Positions 1 to 11,060 of a stretch of DNA of 64,000 nucleotides are shown piece after piece. The notes under the pieces are model-generated. The model made no database searches and was not told the origin of the DNA. It saw only the letters and a list, made by a program, of their open reading frames with translations. The DNA is from Candidatus Sericytochromatia bacterium (GTDB lineage Bacteria > Cyanobacteriota > Sericytochromatia > S15B-MN24 > UBA4093). The stretch is taken from positions 261,510 to 325,509 of the forward strand of contig JAKFBU010000023.1 in the NCBI GenBank assembly GCA_036676985.1. The letters are read 5' to 3'. The translations under genes were made by a program, and so were the position numbers. Every line of letters begins with the position of its first letter. Within the stretch, counting starts at the first letter, position 1.

Positions 1-657
1 TTCCCCGAGAGCGATCGCTACTTCCCGAAGGGCAAGGCCAGAAACCTCGGAAACCCCATCCGCTCCGAGGTCTACACCCTGAGCCGCGAGGCGGCCCGCG
101 AGAAGCTTGGCTTCCCCAAGGCCGAACACCTCCTGCTCGTGACGGGCGGCAGCCTCGGGGCTCGCTCCATCAACCGGGCCCTGGTCTCGGCCCTGCCGGA
201 GCTGTTGCAGGCCGAGGACTGGGGCATCCTGCACGTGGCGGGAAAGGGTGACTTCGGCGAGGTCGAGGCCCAGACGGCCGACCTGAGACTGGGCGATCGC
301 TACCGCCTGGTGCCGTACCTGGAGGACCTGCCGGTGGCGATCGCCGCCTCCGACCTGGTGCTCTCGCGGGCGGGCGCCACCACCGTCGCGGAGCTCACGG
401 CCGCCGCCAAGCCCATGGTGCTCGTGCCCTTCCAGTACGGCGGCAAGGACCAGCCCGCCAACGCGCGGGCCCTCTCGGAGGCAGGAGCGGCGATCGCCCT
501 CGACGACCGGGACCTCACGGGCCTCGGGCCCGCGGTGGCGGAGCTCATGCAGGATGCCAAGCGTCGGGCGGCCATGGCCGAGGCGAGCCGCGGCTTCGGG
601 CGGCCGGACGCGGCCGCCCGGATCGCCGACCGGATCCAGGAGCTCGCGCGCCGCTAA
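1..657 (+). CDS. murG: MurG N-acetylglucosaminyltransferase, 5'-truncated by window edge
   Basis: Frame open from base 1 (FPESD...GNPIR); motifs GGSLGA, SRAGATT, DQPANA; precedes murC. Confidence 0.95.
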   Translation, partial: FPESDRYFPKGKARNLGNPIRSEVYTLSREAAREKLGFPKAEHLLLVTGGSLGARSINRALVSALPELLQAEDWGILHVAGKGDFGEVEAQTADLRLGDRYRLVPYLEDLPVAIAASDLVLSRAGATTVAELTAAAKPMVLVPFQYGGKDQPANARALSEAGAAIALDDRDLTGLGPAVAELMQDAKRRAAMAEASRGFGRPDAAARIADRIQELARR

Positions 658-911
658 GGGCCCCGCCTCCAGACGTCACGAAGTCGTAACCGTCGCCTCA
701 TGCGGGCGCAACTCGGGCCCGCGAAGCTGGAGCTTGGGGGCGCTCCGAGCCCGGGCGAGTCGGGGCTCGCGGGCCGCCCTCTGACCCAAAGTCAGCTTCG
801 GCCCGGTTCTGCGCTTCACGATTTCCCCATAACCGTTGTAAGCTAGGTTATGAGTCGCCCGAGGGCGCGTATAGTCTTCAAAGGGAATCCCCCTGTCATC
901 GAGGAACCACC

Positions 912-2291
912 GTGAACAACACCCCTGCCCACCACTTCATCGGGATCGGCGGCGTCGGAATGAGCGCCATCGCCCAGGTCCTGCATGAACAAGGGGTGAC
1001 GGTCACGGGATCGGACCAGGCGGCCTCCTCGACCTCGCGCCGCCTCGCCGACCTGGGGGTCTCCATCCACATCGGGCATGCCGCCGAGAACGTGGCCGCG
1101 GCCGACGTGGTGGTGGTCTCGACGGCCGTCGGCCCCGAGAACCCCGAACTCAAGGCTGCCCAGGAGCGGGGCCTCGTCGTCAAGCACCGCTCGGAGGTCC
1201 TCGCCGAGCTCATGGCCCGCCACCGCTCCATCGCCGTCTCCGGCACTCACGGCAAGACGACCACCACCGGCATGGTGGCGAGCATCCTCCTGGGCGCCGA
1301 CCAGGACCCCACGGTGCTCGTCGGCGGCGAGCTGCCCCTCATCGGCGGCACGGCCCGCACCGGCAAGAGCCCCTTCCTGGTCGCCGAGGCCGACGAGTCC
1401 GACAAATCCATCCGCCGCCTCACCGCCGAGATCGTCATCCTGACCAACCTCGAGGGCGACCACCTCGAGCACTACCGCGACCTCGACGAGATCTACGAGG
1501 TCATGCTCGCCTTCTTCGCGAGCCTGCCCGAGCATGCGCAGGTCGTGGCCTGCGTGGACGACCCCGGCGTGCGCGCCATCCTCGCGCGCATCCCCCGCCA
1601 GGTCCACACCTACGGCTTTTCGCCCGAGGCGGACTACCGCATCGAGGGCGAGGTGCTCGAGGGCACTGGCGGCTGCTTCGCCCTCAACGAGGTCCCCTTC
1701 CGCACCTCGGTGCCGGGCCGCCACAACGTCTCCAACGCCAGCGCCGCCATCGTGGCCGCCTACCTGCTCGGCCTGGACGCCAACGCCGTCCGCCCGGGCC
1801 TGGAGGCCTTCACGGGCGTGGGCCGGCGCTTCCAGATCAAGGGCACCGAGGCGGGTGTGACGGTGGTGGACGACTACGCCCACCATCCCACCGAGATCAA
1901 GGCCACCCTCCAGGCGGCCCATCTGTTGAACCGCCCCGTCTGGGTCGTCTTCCAGCCCCACCGCTACACCCGCACCCTGGCCCTCTTCGAGGACTTCGCC
2001 GACTCCTTCGGCGCCGTGCGCGGCGTGGGCGTCATGGACGTCTACAGCGCGGGCGAGGCCCCCAACGGCGTCACGACGGCACAGCTGGTCGAGCGCATGC
2101 GGGCCAAACACCCGGAGCTCGCCGTTCACCACTGGCCCGATCACGCCGCCGCCGAAGAGGGCCTGCTCGCCCAGGTGCAGGAGGGCGACCTCGTGCTCCT
2201 GATGGGTGCCGGCAACGTCTTCAAGCTCGCCGATCCCCTCTTGGCTCGGCTGCGCACCCGCCTGGCCGCGCCCACCGGGAGCCCCGCCTAG
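912..2291 (+). CDS. murC: UDP-N-acetylmuramate--L-alanine ligase
   Basis: HFIGIGGVGMS, GTHGKTTT, EADESD, DDYAHHPTEI, FQPHRYTR. Confidence 0.97.
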   Translation: MNNTPAHHFIGIGGVGMSAIAQVLHEQGVTVTGSDQAASSTSRRLADLGVSIHIGHAAENVAAADVVVVSTAVGPENPELKAAQERGLVVKHRSEVLAELMARHRSIAVSGTHGKTTTTGMVASILLGADQDPTVLVGGELPLIGGTARTGKSPFLVAEADESDKSIRRLTAEIVILTNLEGDHLEHYRDLDEIYEVMLAFFASLPEHAQVVACVDDPGVRAILARIPRQVHTYGFSPEADYRIEGEVLEGTGGCFALNEVPFRTSVPGRHNVSNASAAIVAAYLLGLDANAVRPGLEAFTGVGRRFQIKGTEAGVTVVDDYAHHPTEIKATLQAAHLLNRPVWVVFQPHRYTRTLALFEDFADSFGAVRGVGVMDVYSAGEAPNGVTTAQLVERMRAKHPELAVHHWPDHAAAEEGLLAQVQEGDLVLLMGAGNVFKLADPLLARLRTRLAAPTGSPA

Positions 2292-3191
2292 ATGCTCACC
2301 GCGCTCGAGATCCGCGAGGGCGTTCCCCTCGCCCCCTTCACGTCCTGGCGCGTCGGGGGGCCCGCCCGCTACTACCTGGAGCCGGGCTCGGTCGCCGAGC
2401 TGGAGATGGCCCTCGCCTGGGCCCGGGACAAGGGCCTGCCGCACTTCGTGCTCGGCAAGGGCAGTAACTTGCTCATCGCGGACGCCGGCTTCGACGGCCT
2501 GGTGCTGCGCATGACCAGCCGCATGGGTGCTTTCCTCGTGGAGGACGACCTGGTCACGGCCGAGGCCGGCTGCGCCAACAGCGCGCTCGTCAAGGCGGCC
2601 GCCGAGCAGGACCGGGGCGGCCTCGAGTTCCTCACGACCATCCCGGGCACGGTCGGCGGCGCGGTCTTCATGAACGCGGGCGCCCACGGGGCCTCGGTCT
2701 CGGACGTGCTCGTCTCGGCCCAGGTGCTCCTTCCGGACGGACGCCTGCTCACCCAGACGGGCGAGGAGCTCGCCTACCGTTACCGCTACTCCAACCTCGC
2801 GGAGCGGGGCGGCATCGTCGTCGGCGCCACCCTGCGCACGGTCGCCAAGCCCCAGGCCGAGGTCCAGGCCGAGGTCGCGGCCCTCTCCAAGTGGCGGCGC
2901 GAGCGCCAGCCGCAGGGCCTTTCGGCGGGCTCGGTCTTCACCAACCCCCCGGGCACCAGCGCCGGCCGGCTCATCGAGGACACGGGCTGCAAGGGCCTGA
3001 CCGTCGGCCGCGCCCAGGTCTCGCCGGTCCATGCCAACTTCTTCGTGAACCTGGGCGGCGCCACCGAGGCCGACCTGAACGGCCTCATCCGCGAGGTCCA
3101 GGTGCGGGTCCATGACAAGCACGGGCTCTGGCTGCATCCCGAAGTGCGTGGCGTCGGCTGCCACGTCGGCCTGGAGGTGGCCCGGTCTTGA
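2292..3191 (+). CDS. murB: UDP-N-acetylenolpyruvoylglucosamine reductase
   Basis: SWRVGGPA, GKGSNLL, IPGTVGGAVFMNAGA, SAGSVFTNP, HANF. Confidence 0.96.
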   Translation: MLTALEIREGVPLAPFTSWRVGGPARYYLEPGSVAELEMALAWARDKGLPHFVLGKGSNLLIADAGFDGLVLRMTSRMGAFLVEDDLVTAEAGCANSALVKAAAEQDRGGLEFLTTIPGTVGGAVFMNAGAHGASVSDVLVSAQVLLPDGRLLTQTGEELAYRYRYSNLAERGGIVVGATLRTVAKPQAEVQAEVAALSKWRRERQPQGLSAGSVFTNPPGTSAGRLIEDTGCKGLTVGRAQVSPVHANFFVNLGGATEADLNGLIREVQVRVHDKHGLWLHPEVRGVGCHVGLEVARS

Positions 3192-3901
3192 GCGATCGCC
3201 CGGCCGCCCTGTTTCCCGCCCACGGACCCTGGGGCTTCATCCAGGCGTTCGTGCTCGGTGGGGCGCTCGTCGCCCTCTGGCTCATGCCCCAGTGGAACTG
3301 GGCGGGCGAGCTGCGCATCGCGGGCAACCAGCGCCTCACCCATGACAAGGTGGCCAAGGCCGTCAAGGGCCTGGAGGGCAAGCCTCTCTTCCTGATCGAC
3401 CCCGCGGCCATCCGCGCGCGGGTCAAGGGCCTGGACGGCGTGGAGGACGTGAAGGTCCGCCGCTGGCTGTTGCCCGCTCGCATCGAGGTCACGGTCAAGG
3501 AGCGATCGCCGGTGCTCCGGGTGGCGGGCGGGTCCGCCTACCTGGACGCGACGGGGGTGGCCTTCCGCCTTCCCGCCGGTGCCGACCAGGCGGCGATCCC
3601 CATCGAAGCGCTGGTCGCCTCGCGCTCGTTCCTCCCCACCGAGCAGGCCGCCCTCAAGGTGCTCCTCGCCAACTGGCCCCAAGGCGCTCGCGGCACGCTC
3701 GACGTGCGGAATCCGGCCGCATGGGGGGCCACCATCGACGGAGTGCAGATCATGCTGGGCGCTCCCGAGCAGATGGCGGAGAAACTTCGGCTCTATTCCC
3801 ACCTCCTCCCCCTAGCGCGCAAGAGTGGGAAGGCGATAAGATATATGGACCTGCGATTCCCCGAATCCCCCACCGTCCGGACCTCCGAGGCCTCTCCATG
3901 A
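3188..3901 (+). CDS. ftsQ: FtsQ/DivIB-like division protein
   Basis: N-terminal TM, POTRA-like segment (GNQRLT...RRWLLPARIEVTVKER), C-terminal YMDLRF; dcw position. Confidence 0.8.
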   Translation: MSDRPAALFPAHGPWGFIQAFVLGGALVALWLMPQWNWAGELRIAGNQRLTHDKVAKAVKGLEGKPLFLIDPAAIRARVKGLDGVEDVKVRRWLLPARIEVTVKERSPVLRVAGGSAYLDATGVAFRLPAGADQAAIPIEALVASRSFLPTEQAALKVLLANWPQGARGTLDVRNPAAWGATIDGVQIMLGAPEQMAEKLRLYSHLLPLARKSGKAIRYMDLRFPESPTVRTSEASP

Positions 3902-4584
3902 AGAACAACTGGCTCATCCCCGTCGGAGTCGTCTCCATCGTGATGGGCTTCCTCCTCTCCACCCAGATCCGCAACCAGATGGACTACAAGCAGTCCCTGC
4001 CGAGTCGTCGCGTCGAGGACCTGATGGTGCTGCTCAAGAACGCCGAGGAGGCCAAGGCCGGCCTCGAGAAGGAGGTGCAGGTCCTGCGCCAGGCCAAGGG
4101 CGGCGCCAGCCGCCGCTCGGACGCCACGGACCTCGCGGCGGGCCTCGTCGCGGTCCAGGGCCCGGGCCTCGAGGTGGTGGTCTCGGACTCGGCCAAGCCG
4201 CTGCAGAAGGGCGAGGACCCCAACATCGCCATCGTCCACAACGACGACCTCTTGCGCCTGGTCAACGAGCTGAGGGCAGGCGGAGCCGAGGCCGTCGCGA
4301 TCAACGACCAGCGATTGGTCGATACCAGCGAGATCACCTGCGCCGGTTCTACCATCCTGGTTAATCAGTCGCGCATCACCCCGCCCTTTGTCATCCGCGG
4401 GGTCGGAAACCCAGAGACCATGAGCGCTGCGCTGGCCTTGCGGGGCGGAATCATCGAATACTTGCAATTCTACGGAATCCAAGTTAGTATTTCTAAGAAA
4501 ACCGAGGTCCTGATCCCGATGTACAGCGGCGGGAGCCAGTATCGCTACGCCAAGCCCGTGAAGCTACCGGAGAACCCGTCATGA
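3898..4584 (+). CDS. DUF881 family (YlxW/YlxX-like) protein
   Basis: ATG 3898 overlaps ftsQ stop; AGLVAVQGPGLEV, VNELRAGGAEAVAINDQR. Confidence 0.88.
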   Translation: MKNNWLIPVGVVSIVMGFLLSTQIRNQMDYKQSLPSRRVEDLMVLLKNAEEAKAGLEKEVQVLRQAKGGASRRSDATDLAAGLVAVQGPGLEVVVSDSAKPLQKGEDPNIAIVHNDDLLRLVNELRAGGAEAVAINDQRLVDTSEITCAGSTILVNQSRITPPFVIRGVGNPETMSAALALRGGIIEYLQFYGIQVSISKKTEVLIPMYSGGSQYRYAKPVKLPENPS

Positions 4585-4931
4585 TGGGCGCCATCGTTAC
4601 ACTGGGCGGGCTGATCGTCGGTATCCTGCTCGGCGCGTTCTTCCCACTGAGCATCCCCCAGTACCTGTCCAAGTACTTCGCGGTCGCCATCCTCGCGGCC
4701 TTGGACACCGGGTTCGGAGGCATTCGCTCCAGCTTGGAGGAGCGGTTCGGCCTCACGGTGTTCATCAGCGGGTTCGTCGCGAACACGCTGTTCGCCGCAG
4801 GGCTCGCCTATCTCGGCGATCAGCTCGGCATCGACCTGTACCTCGCGGCGATCGTGGTCTTCGGGGTGCGAATCTTCGAGAACCTGGCCAAGATTCGCCG
4901 CCTCATTCTCGGTCGTTTCTGGACATTTTAA
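4581..4931 (+). CDS. sbp: Small basic protein, DUF1290 family
   Basis: VAILAALDTGFGGIR...GIDLYLAAIVVFGVRIFENLA; follows DUF881. Confidence 0.88.
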   Translation: MMGAIVTLGGLIVGILLGAFFPLSIPQYLSKYFAVAILAALDTGFGGIRSSLEERFGLTVFISGFVANTLFAAGLAYLGDQLGIDLYLAAIVVFGVRIFENLAKIRRLILGRFWTF

Positions 4932-4952
4932 GGAAGGCTTAGGAAGAACACC

Positions 4953-6101
<1,149 letters not shown>

Positions 6102-6114
6102 GCGATCGCACTCT

Positions 6115-6148
6115 CGAAAGGGGTCCCCGGTTCCGGGGGCCCCTTTCG
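6115..6148 (+). terminator. Hairpin terminator after ftsZ
   Basis: CGAAAGGGGTCCCCGG-TT-CCGGGGGCCCCTTTCG inverted repeat. Confidence 0.7.
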
Positions 6149-6244
6149 CCGCAAGGGGCGCCGATCCTTTGCTTAGCGCGCCGCATGCCGTAGAATAGGG
6201 AAGTTTGCGGCCTTGCCGCCCGAGCACCCTGGATTGAGGTCACC

Positions 6245-9067
6245 GTGGATTACAAAGAGACAGTCAACCTTCCGACGACGGACTTTCCCATGCGCGCCAA
6301 CTCGGCCCAGCGCGAGCCCGAGATCCAGGCCAAGTGGCTAGCCGACCAGGTCTACGAGCAGATGCTCGCGCGCCGCCAGGACGCGCCCAGCTACATCCTC
6401 CACGACGGCCCTCCCTACTCGAGCTCGGGGGCGATCCACATCGGGCATGCCCTCAACAAGACGCTCAAGGACATCGTCGTCAAGTACAAGTCGCTGTCGG
6501 GCTTCCGCGCGCCCTTCGTGCCGGGTTACGACACCCACGGCCTGCCGACCGAGCTTGCGGCCCTCAAGGAGCTCAAGGCCAAGCACCAGGACCTGAGCCC
6601 CATCGACGTGCGGCGCCTGAGCAAGGAGTTCGCCCTCAAGTCGATCGCCAGCCAGAAGCAGCACTTCATGCGGCTGGGCGGCTTCGGTGACTGGGACCAT
6701 CCCTACGTGACCCTGGATCCCGCCTACGAGGCCCAGCAGATCCGGGTCTTCGGCGAGATGGCCCACAAGGGCTACATCTACAAGGGCCTCAAGCCCGTCT
6801 ACTGGTGCTCGTTCGACGTGACGGCCCTGGCCGAGGCCGAGGTCGAGTACGCCGACCACGTGAGCCCGAGCATCTACGTGCGCTTCCCGCTGACGGAGGT
6901 CCCCGAGTCGGCGGGCCTCGTGAAGGGCCTCCTGGACCAGGGCAAGCCCGTCAGCATGGCCATCTGGACCACGACCCCCTGGACCCTGCCCGCCAACCTG
7001 GCCGTCGCGCTCGGTCCGGACATCGAGTACGTGGTGCTGGACACCCAGGAGCACGGCTACCTGGTGGTGGCGACCGACCTGGTCGACGCCTTCCTCGCCG
7101 AGACGGGCCTGTCGGCCAAGCGCCTGGACGGCGCGTTCTTCGGCAAGGCGCTCGAGGGCGCCCGCTACCGGCACGTCTTCCTGGACCGCGTGAGCCCCCT
7201 CATCCTGGGCGAGCACGTGACGACCGAGACCGGTACGGGGGCCGTCCACACCGCGCCCGGCCACGGCGTCGAGGACTACGAGGTCGGCCAGAAGTACGGC
7301 CTGGACGTGCTCGCGCCCCTCAACGACCGCGGCATCTTCGTCGAGGCGGCGGGTCCTTTGGTGGCGGGCCAGCACTACTCCAAGGCCAACGCCGTCATCA
7401 TCGAGGAGCTGGGCCGGCTCGGCGTGCTCCTCGGCCACAAGGAGTTCAGCCACTCCTACCCGCACTGCTGGCGCTGCAAGCACCCGGTCATCTTCCGGGC
7501 CACCGAGCAGTGGTTCGCGTCGGTGGACGGCTTCCGCCAGCAGGCCCTCGAGGCCATCAAGGGCGTGAACTGGATCCCCGCCTTCGGCGAGGTGCGCATC
7601 GCCAACATGGTCGCCGACCGCTCGGACTGGTGCATCTCGCGCCAGCGCAGCTGGGGCGTGCCCATCCCCGTCTTCTACTGCACCAAGGACAACGAGCCCC
7701 TCATCACGCCCGAGACCATCGAGGCGGTGGCGAGCCGCTTCGCCTTGGAGGGTGCGGATGCCTGGTGGATCCGCGAGGACCATGAGCTCCTGCCCGCGGG
7801 CACGGCCTGCCCCCGGTGCGGCGGGACCGAGTTCCGCAAGGAAAAGGACATCATGGACGTCTGGTTCGACTCGGGCTCGTCCTGGTCGTCGGTCGTCGAG
7901 GCGCGTCCCGAGCTCTCCTACCCGGCGGACCTCTACCTGGAGGGCGCCGACCAGTACCGCGGCTGGTTCCAGTCGTCCCTGCTGACGTCGGTCGCGACCC
8001 GCGGCCGCGCGCCCTACCGGACGGTGCTGACCCACGGCTTCGTCATGGACGGCCAGGGCCGCAAGATGTCCAAGAGCCTCGGCAACGTGGTCGAACCCCT
8101 GGAGGTCATCAAGCAGTACGGCGCCGACGTCCTCCGGCTCTACGTCTCGAGCGTGGACTACATGAGCGACATGCGCATCTCGGAGGTCATCCTCAAGCAG
8201 CTCTCCGAGGTCTACCGCAAGATCCGCAACACCGCGCGCTACCTGATGAGCAACCTCGCGGACTTCGAGCCCGCGCGCCACGCGGTGCCCTTCGCGGAGC
8301 TGGGCGAGCTGGATCGCTACGCCATGCACCGCCTCCAGGAGATGATCTCCGAGGTGACGGGCGCGTTCGAGCGCTTCGAGTTCTTCCGCTTCTACCAGCT
8401 CATCCAGAACTACTGCGTGGTGGACCTGTCGAGCTTCTACCTGGACGTCCTCAAGGATCGCCTCTACGCCTCGAGCCCCAACGCGACGGATCGCCGGGCC
8501 GCCCAGACGGTCATGTACGAGATCCTCTCGGCCCTGATGCGCATGGTCTCGCCCGTGCTCTCGCACCTGGCGGAGGACATCCACACCTACCTGCCCGCGA
8601 GCCAGAAGGGCTCGGAGGCGAGCGTCTTCATGCTCGACTGGCCCAAGGTCCAGGAGGCGTACCGGGACGAGGCGCTCGCCAAGCGCTGGGAGCGGATCAT
8701 CGCCCTGCGCGAGATGGTCAACAAGGCCCTCGAGAACGCCCGCCAGGCCAAGGTCATCGGCGGCAGCCTCGAGGCGAGCGTGACGCTGGTGCCCAAGACG
8801 CCCGAGGTGCACGACCTGCTCCTCAGCCTGGGCGCCAACCTCGCCAAGGTGCTGATCGTCTCGGAGGCCATCGTGACCTCGGCCGGCGCCGAGCCCCCCG
8901 AGGGGGCCGTCGTCGAACCGGACCTCGCGGTCAAGGTGGCCAAGGCGCCCGGTGAAAAATGTGAGCGCTGCTGGGTCTATTCGCCGGCGGTCGGCGAGAG
9001 CCGGGAGCATGCCACGCTGTGCGATCGCTGCGTGGGAGTGGTGAGCGAGTTGGTCGGCACGCGCTAG
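6245..9067 (+). CDS. ileS: Isoleucine--tRNA ligase, bacterial type 1
   Basis: HIGH and KMSKS motifs, WTTTPWT editing motif, WCISRQR, C-terminal CERCW...CDRC zinc finger. Confidence 0.98.
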   Translation: MDYKETVNLPTTDFPMRANSAQREPEIQAKWLADQVYEQMLARRQDAPSYILHDGPPYSSSGAIHIGHALNKTLKDIVVKYKSLSGFRAPFVPGYDTHGLPTELAALKELKAKHQDLSPIDVRRLSKEFALKSIASQKQHFMRLGGFGDWDHPYVTLDPAYEAQQIRVFGEMAHKGYIYKGLKPVYWCSFDVTALAEAEVEYADHVSPSIYVRFPLTEVPESAGLVKGLLDQGKPVSMAIWTTTPWTLPANLAVALGPDIEYVVLDTQEHGYLVVATDLVDAFLAETGLSAKRLDGAFFGKALEGARYRHVFLDRVSPLILGEHVTTETGTGAVHTAPGHGVEDYEVGQKYGLDVLAPLNDRGIFVEAAGPLVAGQHYSKANAVIIEELGRLGVLLGHKEFSHSYPHCWRCKHPVIFRATEQWFASVDGFRQQALEAIKGVNWIPAFGEVRIANMVADRSDWCISRQRSWGVPIPVFYCTKDNEPLITPETIEAVASRFALEGADAWWIREDHELLPAGTACPRCGGTEFRKEKDIMDVWFDSGSSWSSVVEARPELSYPADLYLEGADQYRGWFQSSLLTSVATRGRAPYRTVLTHGFVMDGQGRKMSKSLGNVVEPLEVIKQYGADVLRLYVSSVDYMSDMRISEVILKQLSEVYRKIRNTARYLMSNLADFEPARHAVPFAELGELDRYAMHRLQEMISEVTGAFERFEFFRFYQLIQNYCVVDLSSFYLDVLKDRLYASSPNATDRRAAQTVMYEILSALMRMVSPVLSHLAEDIHTYLPASQKGSEASVFMLDWPKVQEAYRDEALAKRWERIIALREMVNKALENARQAKVIGGSLEASVTLVPKTPEVHDLLLSLGANLAKVLIVSEAIVTSAGAEPPEGAVVEPDLAVKVAKAPGEKCERCWVYSPAVGESREHATLCDRCVGVVSELVGTR

Positions 9068-9105
9068 GCCGATTTCACAGGGACGAGGACGTCCGAGGAG
9101 GTTCA

Positions 9106-10068
9106 ATGGAGACCCTTACTCAGCCCGGGACCGGCGAGGTCCGCATCCGCAAGTTCGAGATCGGGGACCTGCCCCAGGTGGCCGAGATCCGCAACGCCTC
9201 GATCGCGATCTCGACGGACTTCTACTCGATGACCGTCGATCGGATCCGGCCGCCCTCCGAGACCTCGGATCTGGAGCTCACCAGCGAGATCCTGGTGGCG
9301 GACATCGGCGGCAAGGTGCGCGGCTACGTCCACATCTACACCGACCCGTCCCTGATGGCCCACGGCCGCATCAACATCGACGGGCTGCACGTGCACCCGG
9401 ACCACCAGCGCGACGGCATCGGCGCCATGCTGCTCGAAGCCGCGACGGCCAAGGCCACCGAGTGGGGCGGCCGCTACCTGAGCATCGCGATTCCCGCCGG
9501 CGTCGTGAGCTCGCAGACCTTCCTGCTCAAGCACGAGTTCCAGCTGGTCCGCTACTTCTGGAAGCTGCGCCACACGACCCTCGCGGAGCTGCCGGCGCCC
9601 AGCCTGCCCGAGGGCTACTCGTTCCGCAGCTTCCGCCAGGGCATCGACGAGTACGCCTTCCTCGAGCTGCTCAATACCTCGTTTGCCGACAACTGGGACT
9701 TCGCCCCGGTGAGCAAGGAGGAGCTGGAGCGCTGGAAGTTGCGCCCGGACTTCAACCCCAAGGGCTGCTTCTTTGTCTCGCACGGAGAGGTGGACGTGGC
9801 GGTCGCGACCGTGCTCCTGGATCGCCAGCAGGACGCCGAGACCATGGACGGCGCGGCGCGCATCTTCGAGTTCGGTGTGCTGCCCCAGTACCGCGGCAAG
9901 GGGATCGGCTACGGCATCCTGCTCAAGGCAGCGGAGTTCGCCCGCGCCAACGAGCTGCCGGTGCTGGAGCTCGTGGTCGACGGCCATGACGACCATGCCA
10001 AGGCCATGTACGAGCGGGTGGGCTTCCAGGAGAAGCGCGCCATCCTCGTCTTCCACAAGGTCCTCTAG
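9106..10068 (+). CDS. Tandem two-domain GNAT acetyltransferase (MshD-like)
   Basis: GAGGAGG RBS before ATG 9106; VHPDHQRDGIG and VLPQYRGKGIG acetyl-CoA motifs; YERVGF. Confidence 0.85.
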   Translation: METLTQPGTGEVRIRKFEIGDLPQVAEIRNASIAISTDFYSMTVDRIRPPSETSDLELTSEILVADIGGKVRGYVHIYTDPSLMAHGRINIDGLHVHPDHQRDGIGAMLLEAATAKATEWGGRYLSIAIPAGVVSSQTFLLKHEFQLVRYFWKLRHTTLAELPAPSLPEGYSFRSFRQGIDEYAFLELLNTSFADNWDFAPVSKEELERWKLRPDFNPKGCFFVSHGEVDVAVATVLLDRQQDAETMDGAARIFEFGVLPQYRGKGIGYGILLKAAEFARANELPVLELVVDGHDDHAKAMYERVGFQEKRAILVFHKVL

Positions 10069-10071
10069 GCC

Positions 10072-10827
10072 ATGGGCTTCGAGATCGTCGCCCGCAACGG
10101 TCTCAAGCTCGTGCAGTGCTCGGCGCTCACGAGCCGGCATGCCTTTTCCACCCGGCCCGGCGGCGTGAGCGAGGGAGTCTACGGCTCCTTGAACCTCGGC
10201 CTGTCCAGCGGCGACGAGCGCGAGCGGGTGCTCGAGAACCGGGAGCGCTTCTACACGTCAGCCGGGTTCTCGGGCCCCTTGCACGTGGGGCACCAGATCC
10301 ACGGGGCGGTCGTCAACGAGGCCCCCATGGAGCCCGGCACCAAGGGCGACGCCCTCGTCACGGACCGGCCGGGCGTGCCCATCGGCGTGTTCGTGGCGGA
10401 CTGTGTGCCGATCCTGCTCGAGGATCGCCAGACGGGCGCGGTGGCGGCCGTGCACTCGGGCTGGCGCGGCACGGCCCAGAAGGCCGTGGTGGCGGCCATC
10501 GAGGCCATGGGCGCGCGCTACGGCACCCGTCCGGAGGATCTGGTGGTGGCCATCGGGCCCTCCATCAAGGGTTGCTGCTATCAGGTGGGCTCGGAGGTCG
10601 TGGAGGCCCTGAGCCAGTTCCCGGAGCCCGCGGCCTTCGTCCGGAAAGTGAATGGACACCACTACCTGGACCTGCAGGAGGCAAACCGGCAGCTCCTGGC
10701 GGAGGTCGGTGTAGGCGAGGTGCACGTGAGCGGCATGTGCACCCATTGCGACGCGGATCTCTTCTTCTCCTACCGGCGCGACGGCGAGAAGTCGGGCCGG
10801 ATGCTCGGGGCGATCGAGCGGGTCTAG
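10072..10827 (+). CDS. pgeF: PgeF/YfiH family protein
   Basis: STRPGGVS, QIHG, ADCVPIL, HSGWRG, GPSI, FFSYRR. Confidence 0.93.
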   Translation: MGFEIVARNGLKLVQCSALTSRHAFSTRPGGVSEGVYGSLNLGLSSGDERERVLENRERFYTSAGFSGPLHVGHQIHGAVVNEAPMEPGTKGDALVTDRPGVPIGVFVADCVPILLEDRQTGAVAAVHSGWRGTAQKAVVAAIEAMGARYGTRPEDLVVAIGPSIKGCCYQVGSEVVEALSQFPEPAAFVRKVNGHHYLDLQEANRQLLAEVGVGEVHVSGMCTHCDADLFFSYRRDGEKSGRMLGAIERV

Positions 10828-10860
10828 GCCACTCGAGCGTCCGCTCGGCATGATCGACCG

Positions 10861-10960
10861 CTCCCGTCACCCTCGCGCAAGCGGGGGTCCAGCGCAGCCC
10901 TAAACGGCAGTTACTGCGAGCCCCGACCCTGGATTCCCGCTTTCGCGGGAATGACGGGAG
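10861..10960. repeat. Inverted doublet of CGTC-type REP palindromes
   Basis: CTCCCGTCACCCTCGCGCAAGCGGGGGTCCAG ... CTGGATTCCCGCTTTCGCGGGAATGACGGGAG; each arm is itself a hairpin. Confidence 0.8.
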
Positions 10961-11011
10961 GGCCGATCCCGCCACCAACAGCCTACCCGCGTCTGTCGTC
11001 ACAATGGCTGA

Positions 11012-11042
11012 GGCCCGCTCACCGATGCTCGGTGAGCGGGCC
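11012..11042. terminator. Hairpin between convergent genes
   Basis: GGCCCGCTCACCGA-TGC-TCGGTGAGCGGGCC. Confidence 0.65.
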
Positions 11043-11060
11043 GTCGCCTTGTGAGGCGGG

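Noticed and set aside
6102-6244. T-box leader before ileS
   Set aside because: Gap is only 143 bp, includes the ftsZ terminator, and shows no T-box motif
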